A stretch of 63,432 nucleotides of DNA, the filler included, from Choristocarpus tenellus KU-1152 (taxonomy: Eukaryota > Protista > Phaeophyceae), in assembly GCA_964200185.2 (NCBI GenBank). It is 8 parts of 8 records of this genome, joined end to end, with 100 filler letters (N's around TTAATTAATTAA, not from the genome) between each part and the next. Parts side by side here need not be neighbours in the genome. Positions count along the whole stretch, not along the records: positions 49,370 to 56,596 come from CAXNAD020006507.1; positions 56,697 to 60,763 come from CAXNAD020016392.1; positions 60,864 to 63,432 come from CAXNAD020026695.1; 5 more parts are not named here. One strand, given 5' to 3'. Position 1 is the stretch's first letter, and every line of letters begins with the position of its first letter. The position numbers and the translations under genes were made by a program. Below are positions 49,440 to 62,046 of this stretch, piece by piece. The notes below the pieces were generated by a model. The model was not told where the DNA came from. It did no database searches and saw nothing but the letters and a program-made list of their open reading frames with translations.

Positions 49440-50070
49440 ACAGTCTCAAGGCAAAAATAGTGGAATCAAATAAATAAATACATGTATATACAGGGAATGC
49501 CTGTTGAGTAACTTGTAGAGACACATGGAGATATTGTTTCTGGTGCCAGACAATAGCGTGGACCCCAAACCACAACTTGAATGGTACGCCTCCGATATTC
49601 CTTGAACTCCCTTGTAAGGAGGGAACTATAGTATGTAGGGAGTATTTCAGCTGAAACATACGCCTTGACAAAATACGACAGGGATAAGATTTGAGGTATT
49701 TTTCTGTACTTCAGACTTTAATTTAACAAAATGTACTGCACATACTGGAGATTTGGGAGGAGGGGGGGGGGGGGCTGGAGGGGTTAGGCATCCAAGGAAT
49801 CAGGATAAAGGTCTGGTACATTAAAATACAACAACCAGAGACTTGGCAAAGATCCACTTTCCAAGTATTCAAAACCTCAATTGTCATTCCACACCTGAAC
49901 CAACCTCGAAATGGTGTGAAGGCATCCCATAACAAACACTTTCTTGTCCAGGACCTGTGCTCCTGATGTGTATTCCACTCAGCAACAATCGAGATAGAGG
50001 TTCCATCCACGACCCCCTGTACTACTTCAAAGTTAATTTGAAACTTGTCAACCATGTGATCCATGTAAGG
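49440..50070 (-). mobile_element. Possible PIF/Harbinger transposase relic in DHX37 intron 2
   Basis: FEVVQGVVDGTSISI (cf. FP..VGAIDGTHI.I), and further on VHAIVWHQKQYLHVS..DSTIF (cf. LQAIVDH..RF..V...DS.IF). Heavily decayed. Confidence 0.35.
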
Positions 50071-50554
50071 TTGAACTTATTTCTCCTTGCCTCTCCCCAT
50101 AACAGGTAACAATGCCCCGCCCGCCCCCCTCCTCACTATCCATCTCCAGACTTTGGTTCGCTTGTTACCTCTTTCTTCCTTGTTGCTTCTCAAGCCCAAC
50201 CCTAACCCACTCATAAAAAAAAGAACATTTCAAAACACTACGAAACGAAAAGGGGATATTCTTATCCAGCAGCAGAACCATGTATGCGCTGTCTTCTACA
50301 AAAAAAAGTAAGGAGGTCCATTCATGTGCCCTCAAATGCTGTTACCGTTCAACCCCGAACTCCTTCCTAACCCCAATCCCATGCCCTTGCATACACGATA
50401 TACAATAGCATATGCTTACATACGCACAATGGTGACCTCACATGGAAAAAAACTGGCATCGTCCTAATCCTAAGTCTAACCTCATCGCTAATCTTAATCC
50501 AAATCCTACCCCTAGCTAACGCCGCGGTTCAAAAGCTACAAACAGTTAAGTCAC

Positions 50555-51154
50555 CTTGGCATTCTTCCTCCTCTCTTCACTGAGCATATCCCACCTTCGA
50601 AGCTCCTCCTCTGCCACCTTCCTCCTGCAACCATGTCAGCACACAGCCAACCAAAACCGCACCGGGGGGTTAGAAGAGATGGGGGAGGGGGAAGAGTGAA
50701 GGCTAAGGACTGGTACAGCAGCCGGGCAGTCATCGCCCAAAATAGTATTGTCGTCTCCAAAGCTCGTGTCCGCATATGCCAGTGCACTCTCGAGTACCAC
50801 AGATGTAGGACAACTTACAATGAGATTTGAGAATGGGGAGACGCCACGCCACCTTTACTGAGCTGGAATGAAGGGAAAAGAGCAGTATGCCATCATGTCA
50901 GGGGATGGCTGCTGTCTTCGTACCAAGCGTTTCGCTTCAAGTCTCCGCTGAAAACTAGTGTTTTACACAACACTGATCGATTGGAACACAAAGGGTAACA
51001 GAAGAAACCCGCTCAAGTCTCATGCGCCTCTATTTTCTTCATAAAAAAAACATATAAAATCGCATGCATCCAAGGAAACATCCGTGCGTGACAGTCAGCT
51101 CAGAGTCCAAACACACACACACACACACACACAGAGAGAGAGATAGACACACAC

Positions 51155-51202
<48 letters not shown>

Positions 51203-52296
51203 GCACACACTTGCAAAATACACACCTCAGAGGGAGGGAACGGGAAAGCAACCCCAGGAGTATGTCAGTGTTGAGATTCCTCTCGTGGGCCTCATCCAGC
51301 AGCACTGCCGAGTACCCTCTCAGTAGCAAGTCTGAGGTGACCTCCCTCAACAGCACCCCATCTGTCATGAATTTGATTCTCGTCCCAGCCCCCACCCCCT
51401 CACTGTCATGCCGGATCTGGTATGCCACCGACCCTCCTCTTCCGCAGGCTGTCCCCAACTCCTCTGCCACCCTGCGAGCTGTGCTCACTGCGGCAACACG
51501 CCGCGGCTGCGTGACGCCAATCATTAGCTCATTCTGTGCATATCCAGCTTCATATAGGAACTGGGGAACTTGCGTGGATTTACCAGAGCCAGTTTCCCCA
51601 CACAGAACAATCACATCATTCTCGTAAACTCCCTCCACTATCTCCTGCTCCATCCCACAGACAGGCAGGGCCATTCGCAATGCCTGTGCCTCCGCTGAGC
51701 GAGAGACGCGGACCCACTTCTCTGGGTGATAAGAGCCCACCCTTTTTACTGATGTGCCCGTAGTAGGGACCTCACTGTCAACCCCACCATTGCCACCATC
51801 CCCTGCCTCAGCCTTGGCCATCCTCGCTGCTGTCAGAAGTGGGGTTTCAGTAGGCTGATATGCAGGAATATCCTCTGTGAGCCACCTTGGGGGGGCAGGA
51901 TATGATGCTGCCCCTGCTTCCTCATTGTTGAGACTTTCGGCTGTGATGGAACTGTTGCCACTGGCATCCTTGTCTGCACAAGTCCCCACAACCTCACCCT
52001 CACATGCCCTTGCACGTTTCTTCGACTCTGTCTCGAGTGATCTTGTTGCGGTGGAGTCTCGGTTATTCTTGTCCTGCATCTCTGTCACTGCCCTCTTAGA
52101 TTTCAGGTTTGACAGGGACGACATGACCTTGGTCGCCCAATCCGACCCCGTTGCCTTGATTGCGTTGCTAGCAATGGCAGTGGCAGGCTCGGTCACAGGG
52201 AGGGTTGATTCGAGGGAAGGAGCGGTGTTGCTGGCACTTGTTTCACCAGTACACAGTATGGCATCATCGTTGTCACGCTCCACCTCGTCTTCGTCA

Positions 52297-52333
<37 letters not shown>

Positions 52334-53063
52334 GCGCTTGCTGACGAGGTGCCCTAACTTCGCGAAATTTCTTGGTAATACTGTCCGAGGGCTTCACTCC
52401 CACCTGCCGATTCGTCCCTACTTCATCTTTGGCAAGCTCTGCTTCCTTTGTGGTCTCCTTTTTGGGCCTGACTTTCCGTTTTCCTTTACCCTTGCTGACG
52501 CCCACTCCAGGAATGCTATCTGCCTTCGAGCTGGGTGAAGGTGGTTGGCACCCAAACCGCTTCACCATCGCGAGCACCCCACCTATTGGCAACCGCAAGG
52601 CATCTTCTATGTCAGCCACGACGTTCGGGTGGGACTGGAGGTCGTCCACTGTGGCATCCTCAAGGGTCATTCCGGCTGCTGCCCTCTGGACTGCGTGCTT
52701 CAGCCGGTTGTGAAGTGTAACCTGACTCTGGCTGATGGTCTTCGACGACTGGAGCAGAGAAAGCTGTCTTGAGGAGAGGCTCTTCTCCTGCAGCTTGCGG
52801 TAGAGATCTGATCTGCGCGCTTCCTTGGCCTTCCTGTCGGCTAGTTGTTTGAGCTTTTTCTGCTTGGTCTTGCTAAGAGTGTTTGCAAGCTCTCGTGTCT
52901 CGGAATCTACCCTGCTCCTCTTGTTCCCTTTGCCCCCCTTCTTTATCTTTCTCACTGAAACTGCCTCCCTGGCATCATCGACCCCTAGCTGGGCCAATAG
53001 CTCAGGAGACAACAGGGCTGTTTGCTGGTGGTCATTGGCATCTTTCTCCACTTTCTGTGACAT
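50555..53063 (-). CDS. DHX37: DEAH-box RNA helicase DHX37/Dhr1 (SSU processome), 5' part only; exons 53063-51226 and 50624-50555
   Basis: RMALPVCGMEQEIVE, CGETGSGKSTQVPQFLYEAGY, TQPRRVAAVSTARRVAEEL, IKFMTDGVLLRE..DLLL, LDEAHERNLNTDILLGLLSR. Dhr1-type N-terminal SKTKQKKLKQL..K..R..L..KL. Phase-2 intron. Confidence 0.92.
51110..51198. repeat. Compound (CA)n/(GA)n microsatellite in DHX37 intron 1
   Basis: Direct inspection; it explains the spurious SLSLSL/CVCVCV tail of the ORF. Confidence 0.95.
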
Positions 53064-53350
53064 ACTGCAAACAGTTTGCACGTATCTTGTTCGCCGATTA
53101 TGAACTTCCACAACCCTAAGTTATCTTAACACCAGATGATTGACTTCATGTTCGTACCTCTTCCACCTATATCCTCAATCGCTAACCAAGGAAGGTGGGT
53201 GTCAGTCGAAGTTCAATCTTGATGGTTGGTGTACAACGTGGTACATAGAGAGTTCGAAGGCATTTCTATATAAACTTTCAGTTAAGATTTTTGAATTTAG
53301 GGCAAGGTGGTTCTGCTCACATAGCAAAGGGGAGACCTTGGAGATACAGA
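53064..53350. promoter_or_regulatory. Probable bidirectional promoter between DHX37 and the Zwint-like gene
   Basis: Only 287 bp separate the predicted divergent ATGs. Confidence 0.55.
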
Positions 53351-55841
53351 ATGGCGGTTTCAATGGCAGGAAATCGAGCACCATCCACGTTACGCGAGCT
53401 CCTGGAATGGTAAGGCGAAGGGAATACGTGATGAAATCGATTGTGGTCGTGACAATTTTGTGATTTAGCAGTGCCTTAAAAACGAAGGGATTGTGGATAT
53501 GTACATGATCGACCAAGCATTTTGCTCTTCAGAGCACATCTTTATGGGGTACACCTAGCCGACAAGCAGTTTTTATGACTCGCTTTTCCATTTAGTACGT
53601 ACGTTTTTTGTAGCCCTGCTCTTCGGTTTGGCTTATGAAACACGAACCTCAACCTTATTGCTCGCTTGTTGTAGCAAAGCCGCACATCCAAACACTCTAT
53701 CAACAAACACCTCTACTCTCTTGATAAACTAGTGACCCTCAGAATCTCGCGTCTGTGGTGCCGGATGCACTACGGCTTGTAGAGGGCAACTCGGACGCTT
53801 CATCGAGTGAGGTGCTGGAGGTCGAGGCTCGATTCCGCCGTTGTGCAGACACCTTCCTACGTTCGCGCTTTGGAGAGGCGTTTCTGGAGAATATCGCACG
53901 AAATGAGCCTCTTGCGCCTGCTACGATCGAAGGTGAGCCTCCTTGTTTAGTAAAGAATCTGAATTTCAATGATGAACAACCTCTTGGTCTATCTCTGCCT
54001 AGTGGGGCCAGGTTGTTGGGGGTAAAATACTTGAGGATTGTCTCGTCTATTTGTACGTGATGGTTGCTTATTTCACTTTCATTTTTTTGGTCTGATCTCC
54101 GTCTCAGGGAGAGTATCACCGCTAGAAAGCATTTGTAGCTTTACAATTGTCAAGGTCCTGGACTTTATGACCTTGGAGTGACGGTGAAATAAACCTTCCC
54201 TGGCATTTATTGAAGAATGTCAAGCTGTCCACACCTCTGTGAGAGGGTAATATTGGGCTACAAGCAAACGTCGTGCCAGGACGAACCTCAACGAACAGTT
54301 ACATTCCCCAGGTATCTCCATATTATCGCGAAGGTTACTTTCAACGATAACAGTGCAAAAAGTTCCTTGGTTGTTTTTCCAATCATGGTATTAGCGTCCC
54401 AGCCTCACACCTTGGAGTAAACAACCATGTGACAAATGTTAAAATGCGCAAAAGAGCTTTAGTATAGGGCTCTGTTGTCCATATTTCAACTCCCCAGAAT
54501 ATTTTCCACATAATATACATGCAAACATACTCTATACTTCGAATGTCACACAGTGCAAAGTGCAGGTATGGGCTGTGCTTCAAATGGTGCTGTCATTGCC
54601 GCAAAAAGACTTTGTTAGGCAAAGTACGAAGCTGATCATATCAGTTCTCTGTCTCGTTCCTTACAAGCTTTACAACCCAAATTTTGTTACCACTCTCCAA
54701 ATATATTTACTCTCATCACTGATTTATTTCCCCATCAGGCAATCCACAGGATCAAACAGCTACAGTGGCCGCCCAGAGCCACTTTGTTGATAGCGCGCAA
54801 CGGTCGCTGCTCCAAAGGGTGGCCGATTTGCGCAAAAAGGCAAGAGAGGTCGAAGAGAAATCCATACGGGTTGATGAACGTCTTGGGAGCATTGCCTGCC
54901 GGGCAAGTGCCAAGCACACACCCACAGAAGAAGGCAAGAAAAAAGAAGTCTCCCCCCTTTTGAGTACCCCCATACATACTTTGGCCAAAGAGAACACAGC
55001 CAGGGATAGAGAGCAGGAGGAGACTCTGTCAAGGCAAGCCAAGGAGATGGTTGAATTGGAAGCAAGACTCAAAATCCGGCAGGCAGATGTTTCAAAGCTG
55101 CGGGAGAGTGTGCAACAGACCCGGGCAAGGTTAGAAACACTGGAACGCGAGCGAGATGAGACCAGGGGGGGGGGGGGAGAGGGGGGAGTGGTAGCAGCAG
55201 CAACAGAGGCTAGGTTGGCAACGGCAAGGGCACAGGAGGCAACAGTAGGGGTAGAGGGCTTGTCAGAAGATGATATTGAGGATGCGATAGAGGAGGAGGA
55301 AAAGCAGTTACGGCAGCACAAGGATATGTGGGAATTATACCAGTCAACACTTGCAGCCCTGGAAATGATCAGCGGCATTAGGGTGGAGTGCAAGTCGGCA
55401 ACAGATGCCGGTGCTTCGCCAAGGAAAGGCGGAAACGTTTCTTCGGAGGAGGGGGCCAGGTTGTTGTTTTTGGTGTACCTCAGTGGGGAGTATGTTATGG
55501 AGGTGAGGCTTGATGCCAAGGACGGAAGCCTACGTTCTGTCCATCTGTTTTTTGACCGGGTTGATGGCGAGAGGAGTGACGCTCCTGCGGAGGATGTGCA
55601 GAAGGAAGTGGACATCTACGACCTTGCGCAGACAGCAGACCGCCTTCCTTCCCCAGAAAACCTGCAGTATCTTGTAAGGGAGGCTGTCAGTCGGCTGGAG
55701 TGCATGTGTCTCAGGACAGAACACCTGAAGTTGTTGAAGAAACAATACCTTGTGTGTTATGTGGCTCCCCTCAGGGAGGTGACCATAACCATGACGGAGG
55801 GTATTGTGGCATCGTTCGGCCTCAGTCCTGACTATCCTAAG
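53351..55841 (+). CDS. Coiled-coil + tandem RWD-like protein, candidate kinetochore Zwint-1 homolog; exons 53351-53409, 53733-53932, 54739-55841; 3' end unresolved
   Basis: Phase-compatible introns (TG|T, G|GC). Long coiled coils are followed by a beta-rich module and NLQYLVREAVSRL..LR...YV...EVTITMTEGIVASFGLSPDYP; the final xxYP turn is typical of RWD domains. Confidence 0.6.
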
Positions 55842-56978
55842 GTGAGATACTGTTTCGATCTACAGAGTAATCGGAAGTGCTGCTGTAGTAATGTTGATTA
55901 TTCTGAAGAGAGTGGGAAAGCAGATGTCTAATGGCACTGCACTCTGAAGCATGCCTACGAAGAGCTATTGTGTCTGTACAGTAGAGCCAGTTTGCGGCAA
56001 TTTGCTGTACCTAAGAGAGAGTGTTAGATCAGTGAAATTCCAGGCTGATACATTTTGGTACCTTTTTCATGGCATAAACCTTTTTTTTTCTATCTTGCAG
56101 GGAGGCGGTGAAATCACAGGAAGTGCCAATGAATAGAGATATGGAAGTATAAACGATATGGCTTGCTCTGATGGGGCTCAAATACTGCAAAACATGCTGT
56201 GTAGGAGATAGAGTCATGTCAAGCAAGGAAATAGAGGAAGAGTTAGGGAAGGGGAGGGGAGGGACAGGTTGGTAGCCTTTTTTTCTTCTCATTGAATGAT
56301 CCCGTGTTATGTTAAATTTTTGCTTCAGTTGAAGAAGGTGCAGGGGAAAACCTCAGTATTAGTTGTATACATTAGTTGAATATACTTGGGAGTATTTGAC
56401 CTATTTGTGGCCAATGGCATCAACTGCGTGTGTAAATTAGGTATGGACAGAAATATGTATAGTTTGTAAGTAAGATGCAGTCAAGTCTCACTGAGGCACA
56501 GGCTTTCTCGCCGCTGCCTGAGAAGATGGGCACAATGCACGTCTCCGAATATTGACCCCCCCCCACCCCACAGACCCACAACCAAAAACCCCCCCCNNNN
56601 NNNNNNNNNNNNNNNNNNNNNNNNNNNNNNNNNNNNNNNNTTAATTAATTAANNNNNNNNNNNNNNNNNNNNNNNNNNNNNNNNNNNNNNNNNNNNTTAC
56701 ATTGAACTACCCCACACAAAGCGATTAACACAAAAAAAAACAATTACTTGAAAAATATAACTTTTTTTTTTGAGGGGGGGGGTCAGAGCAGGTCAACTTA
56801 ATTCATTACTTTTTAACACCCTGATGAGAGCAACTCCGTACCATTCAGGAGAACAAATCCACAAAGAGGAAAATAAATAAAATAACTAGAAATAATAATA
56901 ATAACGCCCAGATAGTAAAATTTACATCACAATCCAAGAATAAATTAGAGGCAGACCATCACCGCCGACCTAAGAAAA

Positions 56979-57199
56979 AACTAATAACTAGTAACTAGTA
57001 ACTAACAGCAACTAATCACTAATCACTAATAATCACTAATAGCTATTAACTAATAACGAATAACTAATAACTAACAACAACTAATCACTAATCACTAACA
57101 ATCACTAATAGCTAGTAACTAATAACTAATAACTAATAACTAATAACTAATCACCAATAATCACTAATAGCTAGTAACTAATAACTAATTACTAATAAC
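56979..57199. repeat. Degenerate 7-bp satellite (ACTAATA/ACTAATC/ACTAGTA)n
   Basis: Direct inspection. Confidence 0.9.
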
Positions 57200-57310
57200 T
57201 TCTGAGCAGTGTAACTCTTCCGCACCCTGATTGACGACTGTCTTCAAATCGCTCTAAATCATTGTAAACCACAAACATGTCGCCATGACTTAGAACTGGT
57301 TGACATCTAC

Positions 57311-57351
<41 letters not shown>

Positions 57352-57541
57352 GTGAGGGTTGTAAAGAAGTTGTGTGGCGTGGCTTGTTGAAACATATCAA
57401 TGTACAAGTATCAGAAACATATCCCCTGTTGGGAACACAATATATATATATATATGTATGTATATATATATATGTATGTCCTTTTTGGGATTCTTATGAC
57501 CTTTGGTAATCAGGTACCATACATCCGTTGTAAACTGTTGC

Positions 57542-57610
57542 TGGTGATCAAGATATTATTGTGTTGGTGATCAAGATATTATTATGTTGGTGATCAAGAT
57601 ATTATTATGT
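57542..57610. repeat. 23-bp tandem repeat x3 (TGGTGATCAAGATATTATTRTGT)
   Basis: Copies start at 57542, 57565 and 57588. Confidence 0.92.
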
Positions 57611-57783
57611 TCCTCTCTACTCAAAATGAGATTACTATCAGTGACATCCCTTGAAATTTATCGCACCATACGGAATGTCACTGTTCACAATGAATGACAC
57701 AATGAATGACACAATGAGTTCAGAGTTCAGTTCTCAAACATGAGCCCCTGAGGGGGAGGGGGGAAAGAAAAAAAGAAAAAAAA

Positions 57784-57995
57784 ATGGCCTTATGTTTGAG
57801 ACAATCCAATGTGGCCTTACATTTGGGACAATCCCAAAGTGACCTTACATTTGGGACAATCCCAAAGTGACCTTACATTTGGGACAATCCAAAGTTCACA
57901 TATATTTGGGACAATCCAAAGTAGCCTCACATTTGGGACAAAATTCAAAAGTGACCTTACATTTGGGACAATCCAAAAGAGACCTTGCATTTGGA
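57784..57995. repeat. 27-28-bp minisatellite, ~7.5 copies (GTGACCTTACATTTGGGACAATCCCAAA)
   Basis: Direct inspection; internal palindrome TTTGGGA-caa-TCCCAAA. Confidence 0.92.
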
Positions 57996-60900
57996 GTCGG
58001 AGATGGTATACACCAAATAAAAATTGAAGAAAATTCCACAACATGTCCATACCCATCGGGGGGGGTTAGGGTTAAAAATAAAATTACTAAAAGAATATAT
58101 GTCAAGATTATGCTTGACTCTTTGTGAGAATAAGATTTGAAGTGTTCTTTTATGTACATACAGATGATAATGCAGGACATTCGGGATATTTAGGGTTAGG
58201 GTATTTGACCAGAAGTAATCGGCGGACTATTATAGTCGGACTGATTCTGACGTGTGCTAGAGAAATGTTGAGTCATTTTGGCATTTCGAGTCATTCAGTG
58301 TAAGGATTGGTGAGCCCCACCTAGTGAAGGTATCTCACTATCTTCTCAACTGCGATACAAACTAATAAAAAGTAATCAAACTGGTTGTGTGGAACAACAG
58401 ATCGTCAAGGACAGCTTAACAAGATAGACTATAATTTAAACATGCTGTACATTTTGTCCCACGAACAATACTGGATAATAGTGTAAGCCCTTATGTGTGT
58501 CCTCACATACATACAGGATGTCAAAAACATAATATGCATCTACATATACATGCACATGCAGTACATATTAAATATATTTTATGTGTATATATGAATGTCC
58601 TAACAAAATGTTCAACCACTCATGTCCCCAACATCCCTGTACCCCATTCCCCAGTACTCAGGTCACATATAGACTTGGGCACTGTTACAGAGTATACAAT
58701 AATAACACACTCAAAATTATCTATAGAAACTCCTCCCTCTTCACATCTGCCATAAAATAAGCTCAGGCTCTTCCCCTCCCCCCCAAAGTTTATTCTCACC
58801 AAAACTCAAGAATGATCATTTTACCAAAGACGTGCTTTATCTTTTTCTTCAGGCACTTTAAAAGTACAGCACAAGGTCACAGAACAATAAATGTAAAAAA
58901 AAGTACTAAATAATTCTGATCAATATGCTTGCTATAATATGCTTGCTCCAATTAATATTACTACGATCACTATTATTACTACTGTGATTATTACATCTAT
59001 GAATACTAGTACTATTGGAAATTACCATCGCGATTATTACCTCTACGATTATTAATTAGTAATATTGGTTACTACTACTGTGATTATTAACTCTAATATA
59101 TTCTACGAAGTTTATCACTATTAGTGCTATAACCATTTGCTTCTACTATTACTATCACAACTATCGCAACTATTTTTGTTCTATCACTATTCTATTATTA
59201 TTATTATTATTATTTTCAAGCACTTTAAGGTACCAATGAAGACTATCAGGAGGTGGGGTTAAGATCATGGTTATCTAATCGCAACTGTGATGCTGCAGTC
59301 ATCTTCAACTGAGACCAACCCCAACGAAGAGAACGCACGGATCTTGCATGCAGAACACGATGCAGACATGCAGAACGCCTGGCAGAACTCTTCCACCATC
59401 GGAGGCACCGGACTCCACCATGGTACAGACAGGGCAGGATAAGATTCTGTGTACAACAGCAGCAGCGTTGGTATCAACGGGGTATTATTGGAAAAAAAAC
59501 AAATTGTTTATTATTGTTACGACAGTTGCTTTTCAATATCAACGGTTTAGTATTACATAATAGTTGATTATTGGTATCAGTAGTTTTTTGTTGTTATCAA
59601 TAGATTGCGTTATTTATAGTTTGTGGAGGGGGGGAAGGGGTGTAAGATAGGGATGAACAAATGATGAGGATACATAGGAGGAAAGTTCAAGTAAATCAAA
59701 CGTGACAGCTAGTATACAACAGCATTCTTCATCATTATTGTTGTATTAGTAGTAGAAGGACCATGCAAGAACAACTGATTCCCATATATTCACCTTTTCC
59801 TCTGCCTATCTGTCCATCTACACGTTACCGGTGATGATTCTCATCCTCGTGCGTCTGATCGCACACACTCACTCGTGCCAACGATTTGTGACACTCCTTA
59901 TTAGTTTGACAGGGTTATGGTAAGTATTGACAAAAAATGATATCAGGTTGGGCCACCTCCAACCGGCTCTAACCGATTTGATCGGCATCATCGGCTCTCC
60001 TCAACATCGTGCGTCTGCTCACCACATATAGTGCCTACCATGCTCAAACCACTGGCGCCGACTCTCTCTCTCAAGCCTGTGCGTGTGGTCACGCCAACTG
60101 ACTGTTCACCTCCCACGCAAACTTTGCTTTGCCTCTTATCTTTTGAACTTCCTACCCTAACCCTAACTCTATACCCTCGTACCTGAGCTTCACCCCCATG
60201 TGTCCACCGACCATCCTGCGTCTAGAGTGTTCTCACCTATGAAGAACGTTCCACGATCGATCGTATTTGATAGCACCCCCTGGGCCATGCCCAAGCTACA
60301 AGAGAGTTGCAGGAAGCACAGAGCCATCAGCACTATGACTACCTCAAATACACATGATGCGATATGCTCAGCACCACCTGTCATAGGACAAGATTGCACA
60401 CACCCCCAAAACCTTGGCACCACTGCTATTGACCATCTCCCTCAAATGCCAAGTCCGAACCAATCACACCTCTTGCCCCAATGTCCCATGCATGCATACC
60501 ACAAGCAAGCAGGCCCGCCAACTCCCACATTGGTCAATAAAAATTGAATGCTGTGAGATACTTTCACTGGTACCTACAAGCTACAATAAACACAAGAACA
60601 ACGTGATTTAACCCAATTTCTACCAAGAAATCGCACACTAAACAGAAACAAACATGCATTTTTTACCCTGGGCAATCCTCCATGCCCCTCCCCCCCCCCC
60701 CCCCCCCTCCACCCCCCCCTCACTCTCCACCCCCCCCCCGACCCCCCCCCCAGCGAGAACAATNNNNNNNNNNNNNNNNNNNNNNNNNNNNNNNNNNNNN
60801 NNNNNNNTTAATTAATTAANNNNNNNNNNNNNNNNNNNNNNNNNNNNNNNNNNNNNNNNNNNNGAGTGAGGTGGGCGAGGGGCGGTGGCATGGTGGTGGT

Positions 60901-61039
60901 TTCAGGCAACACCGTTGATAAAACAATTAAGAAATAATTTTTATTGCACGTCTGCGGTTAACCACACATACATATTACATGGTCACCCGAATGTCAATAA
61001 GTTGGTAGACAGGGTATCTAAACGCGGGATAACTATCTC

Positions 61040-62046
61040 AACTTAGGTTGAATAGTTCGACACAGGGATATCTCGCAACAGCTGTAACCCTACTAGAAGA
61101 GGAGTAGAGCGCAACAATCCCACCAATGTCGACAACTCTCTCACCTGCTGGTACATTTTGTGGGTATCTCCTATTGGCACTTCTTCTTCTTCCTCTGTCG
61201 CTTGATAGCTTGTTGGAGCTTGTGCTGAAAATATATCTTATCGTATAACGTGCGCTCAACCACACTCTCTGCCACGTCGTTGAATACTATAAGCATAGCG
61301 GTGCAGTGGGCGAACGGGACAAGGGTTAGGTGGGGAGTGATCGCGGGACACACGCGGCCTGTGGCACCGAGAAACATGTTGCTGTGGACAGGAATACCAC
61401 GAGGGATAAAAAAGATGAGCAAAGAAAAGATCCACAATGGGCTGACTGGCAATGAACATAGCAAGGGAAACTCGACAACAACTTCGTATATCAGAATAGT
61501 CATCAGGTGATCACAGAACAACGAAAACACTCAACTTACTTCGGTGCTTGGTTGATCAGAACGGTCAGGCGATTATGGAACAACGAAAAAACTCCATCAC
61601 CCACCGTTGGCAATTAGCCTCTCTTCTGCTTGGTTGAACTACATGTAGATTCGCATGGTGAAAGCGTGCTCGGGATCAAACAATCTCTTCAGCACCGTTA
61701 CTCTAAGGTTTCCATCCAATACTCGCCCTTCAATGGCAAGCGCAGTTTTGGCGTTCAGTTGATCCACATTACCTAAACTTTCTCGCTGGATGACAACACT
61801 CGGGGCAAACTGATCCAGTCAGCCTTTCTCAATTATTGACTTCATCACACGTGCAAGGCCACGCTCGCTCAAGGGACGCACCATATCTGTGCATGTGATA
61901 TGTCCCAGTTTCATCTTAAATGACCTCAGATAATGTTCATCCAATAGCCTGGACATGCCAGTAGGGGGTAGGTGGTCCTGGCTTCTGGATTCCAAACTTT
62001 TCACATCGGCGGGCGGGTGGGTTGTTGTTCTTGAAATGTTCGACAT
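61040..62046 (-). pseudogene. Spliced ParB/Sulfiredoxin-like N-terminal-domain pseudogene; exons approx. 62046-61605 and 61286-~61040
   Basis: Reading through stops gives VRPLSERGLARVMKSIIEKG*LDQFAPSVVI..RVLDGNLRVTVLKRL..RIYM*FNQAEERLIAN|VFNDVAESVVERTLYDKI. Phase-1 GT-AG intron; in-frame stops at 61819-61821, 61639-61641 and 61171-61173. Confidence 0.6.

Noticed and set aside
50190-50520. True telomere or interstitial telomeric array
   Set aside because: Only short, highly degenerate CCCTAA-like units inside an intron.
51064-55615. Long antisense ORFs (51064-51627, 51877-52344, 54752-55615; also 43825-44391, 38568-39023)
   Set aside because: They are shadows of GC-rich coding exons on the opposite strand.
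57784-57995. CRISPR array (28-bp palindromic repeats)
   Set aside because: The units are contiguous with no unique spacers, there are no cas genes, and the context is eukaryotic.
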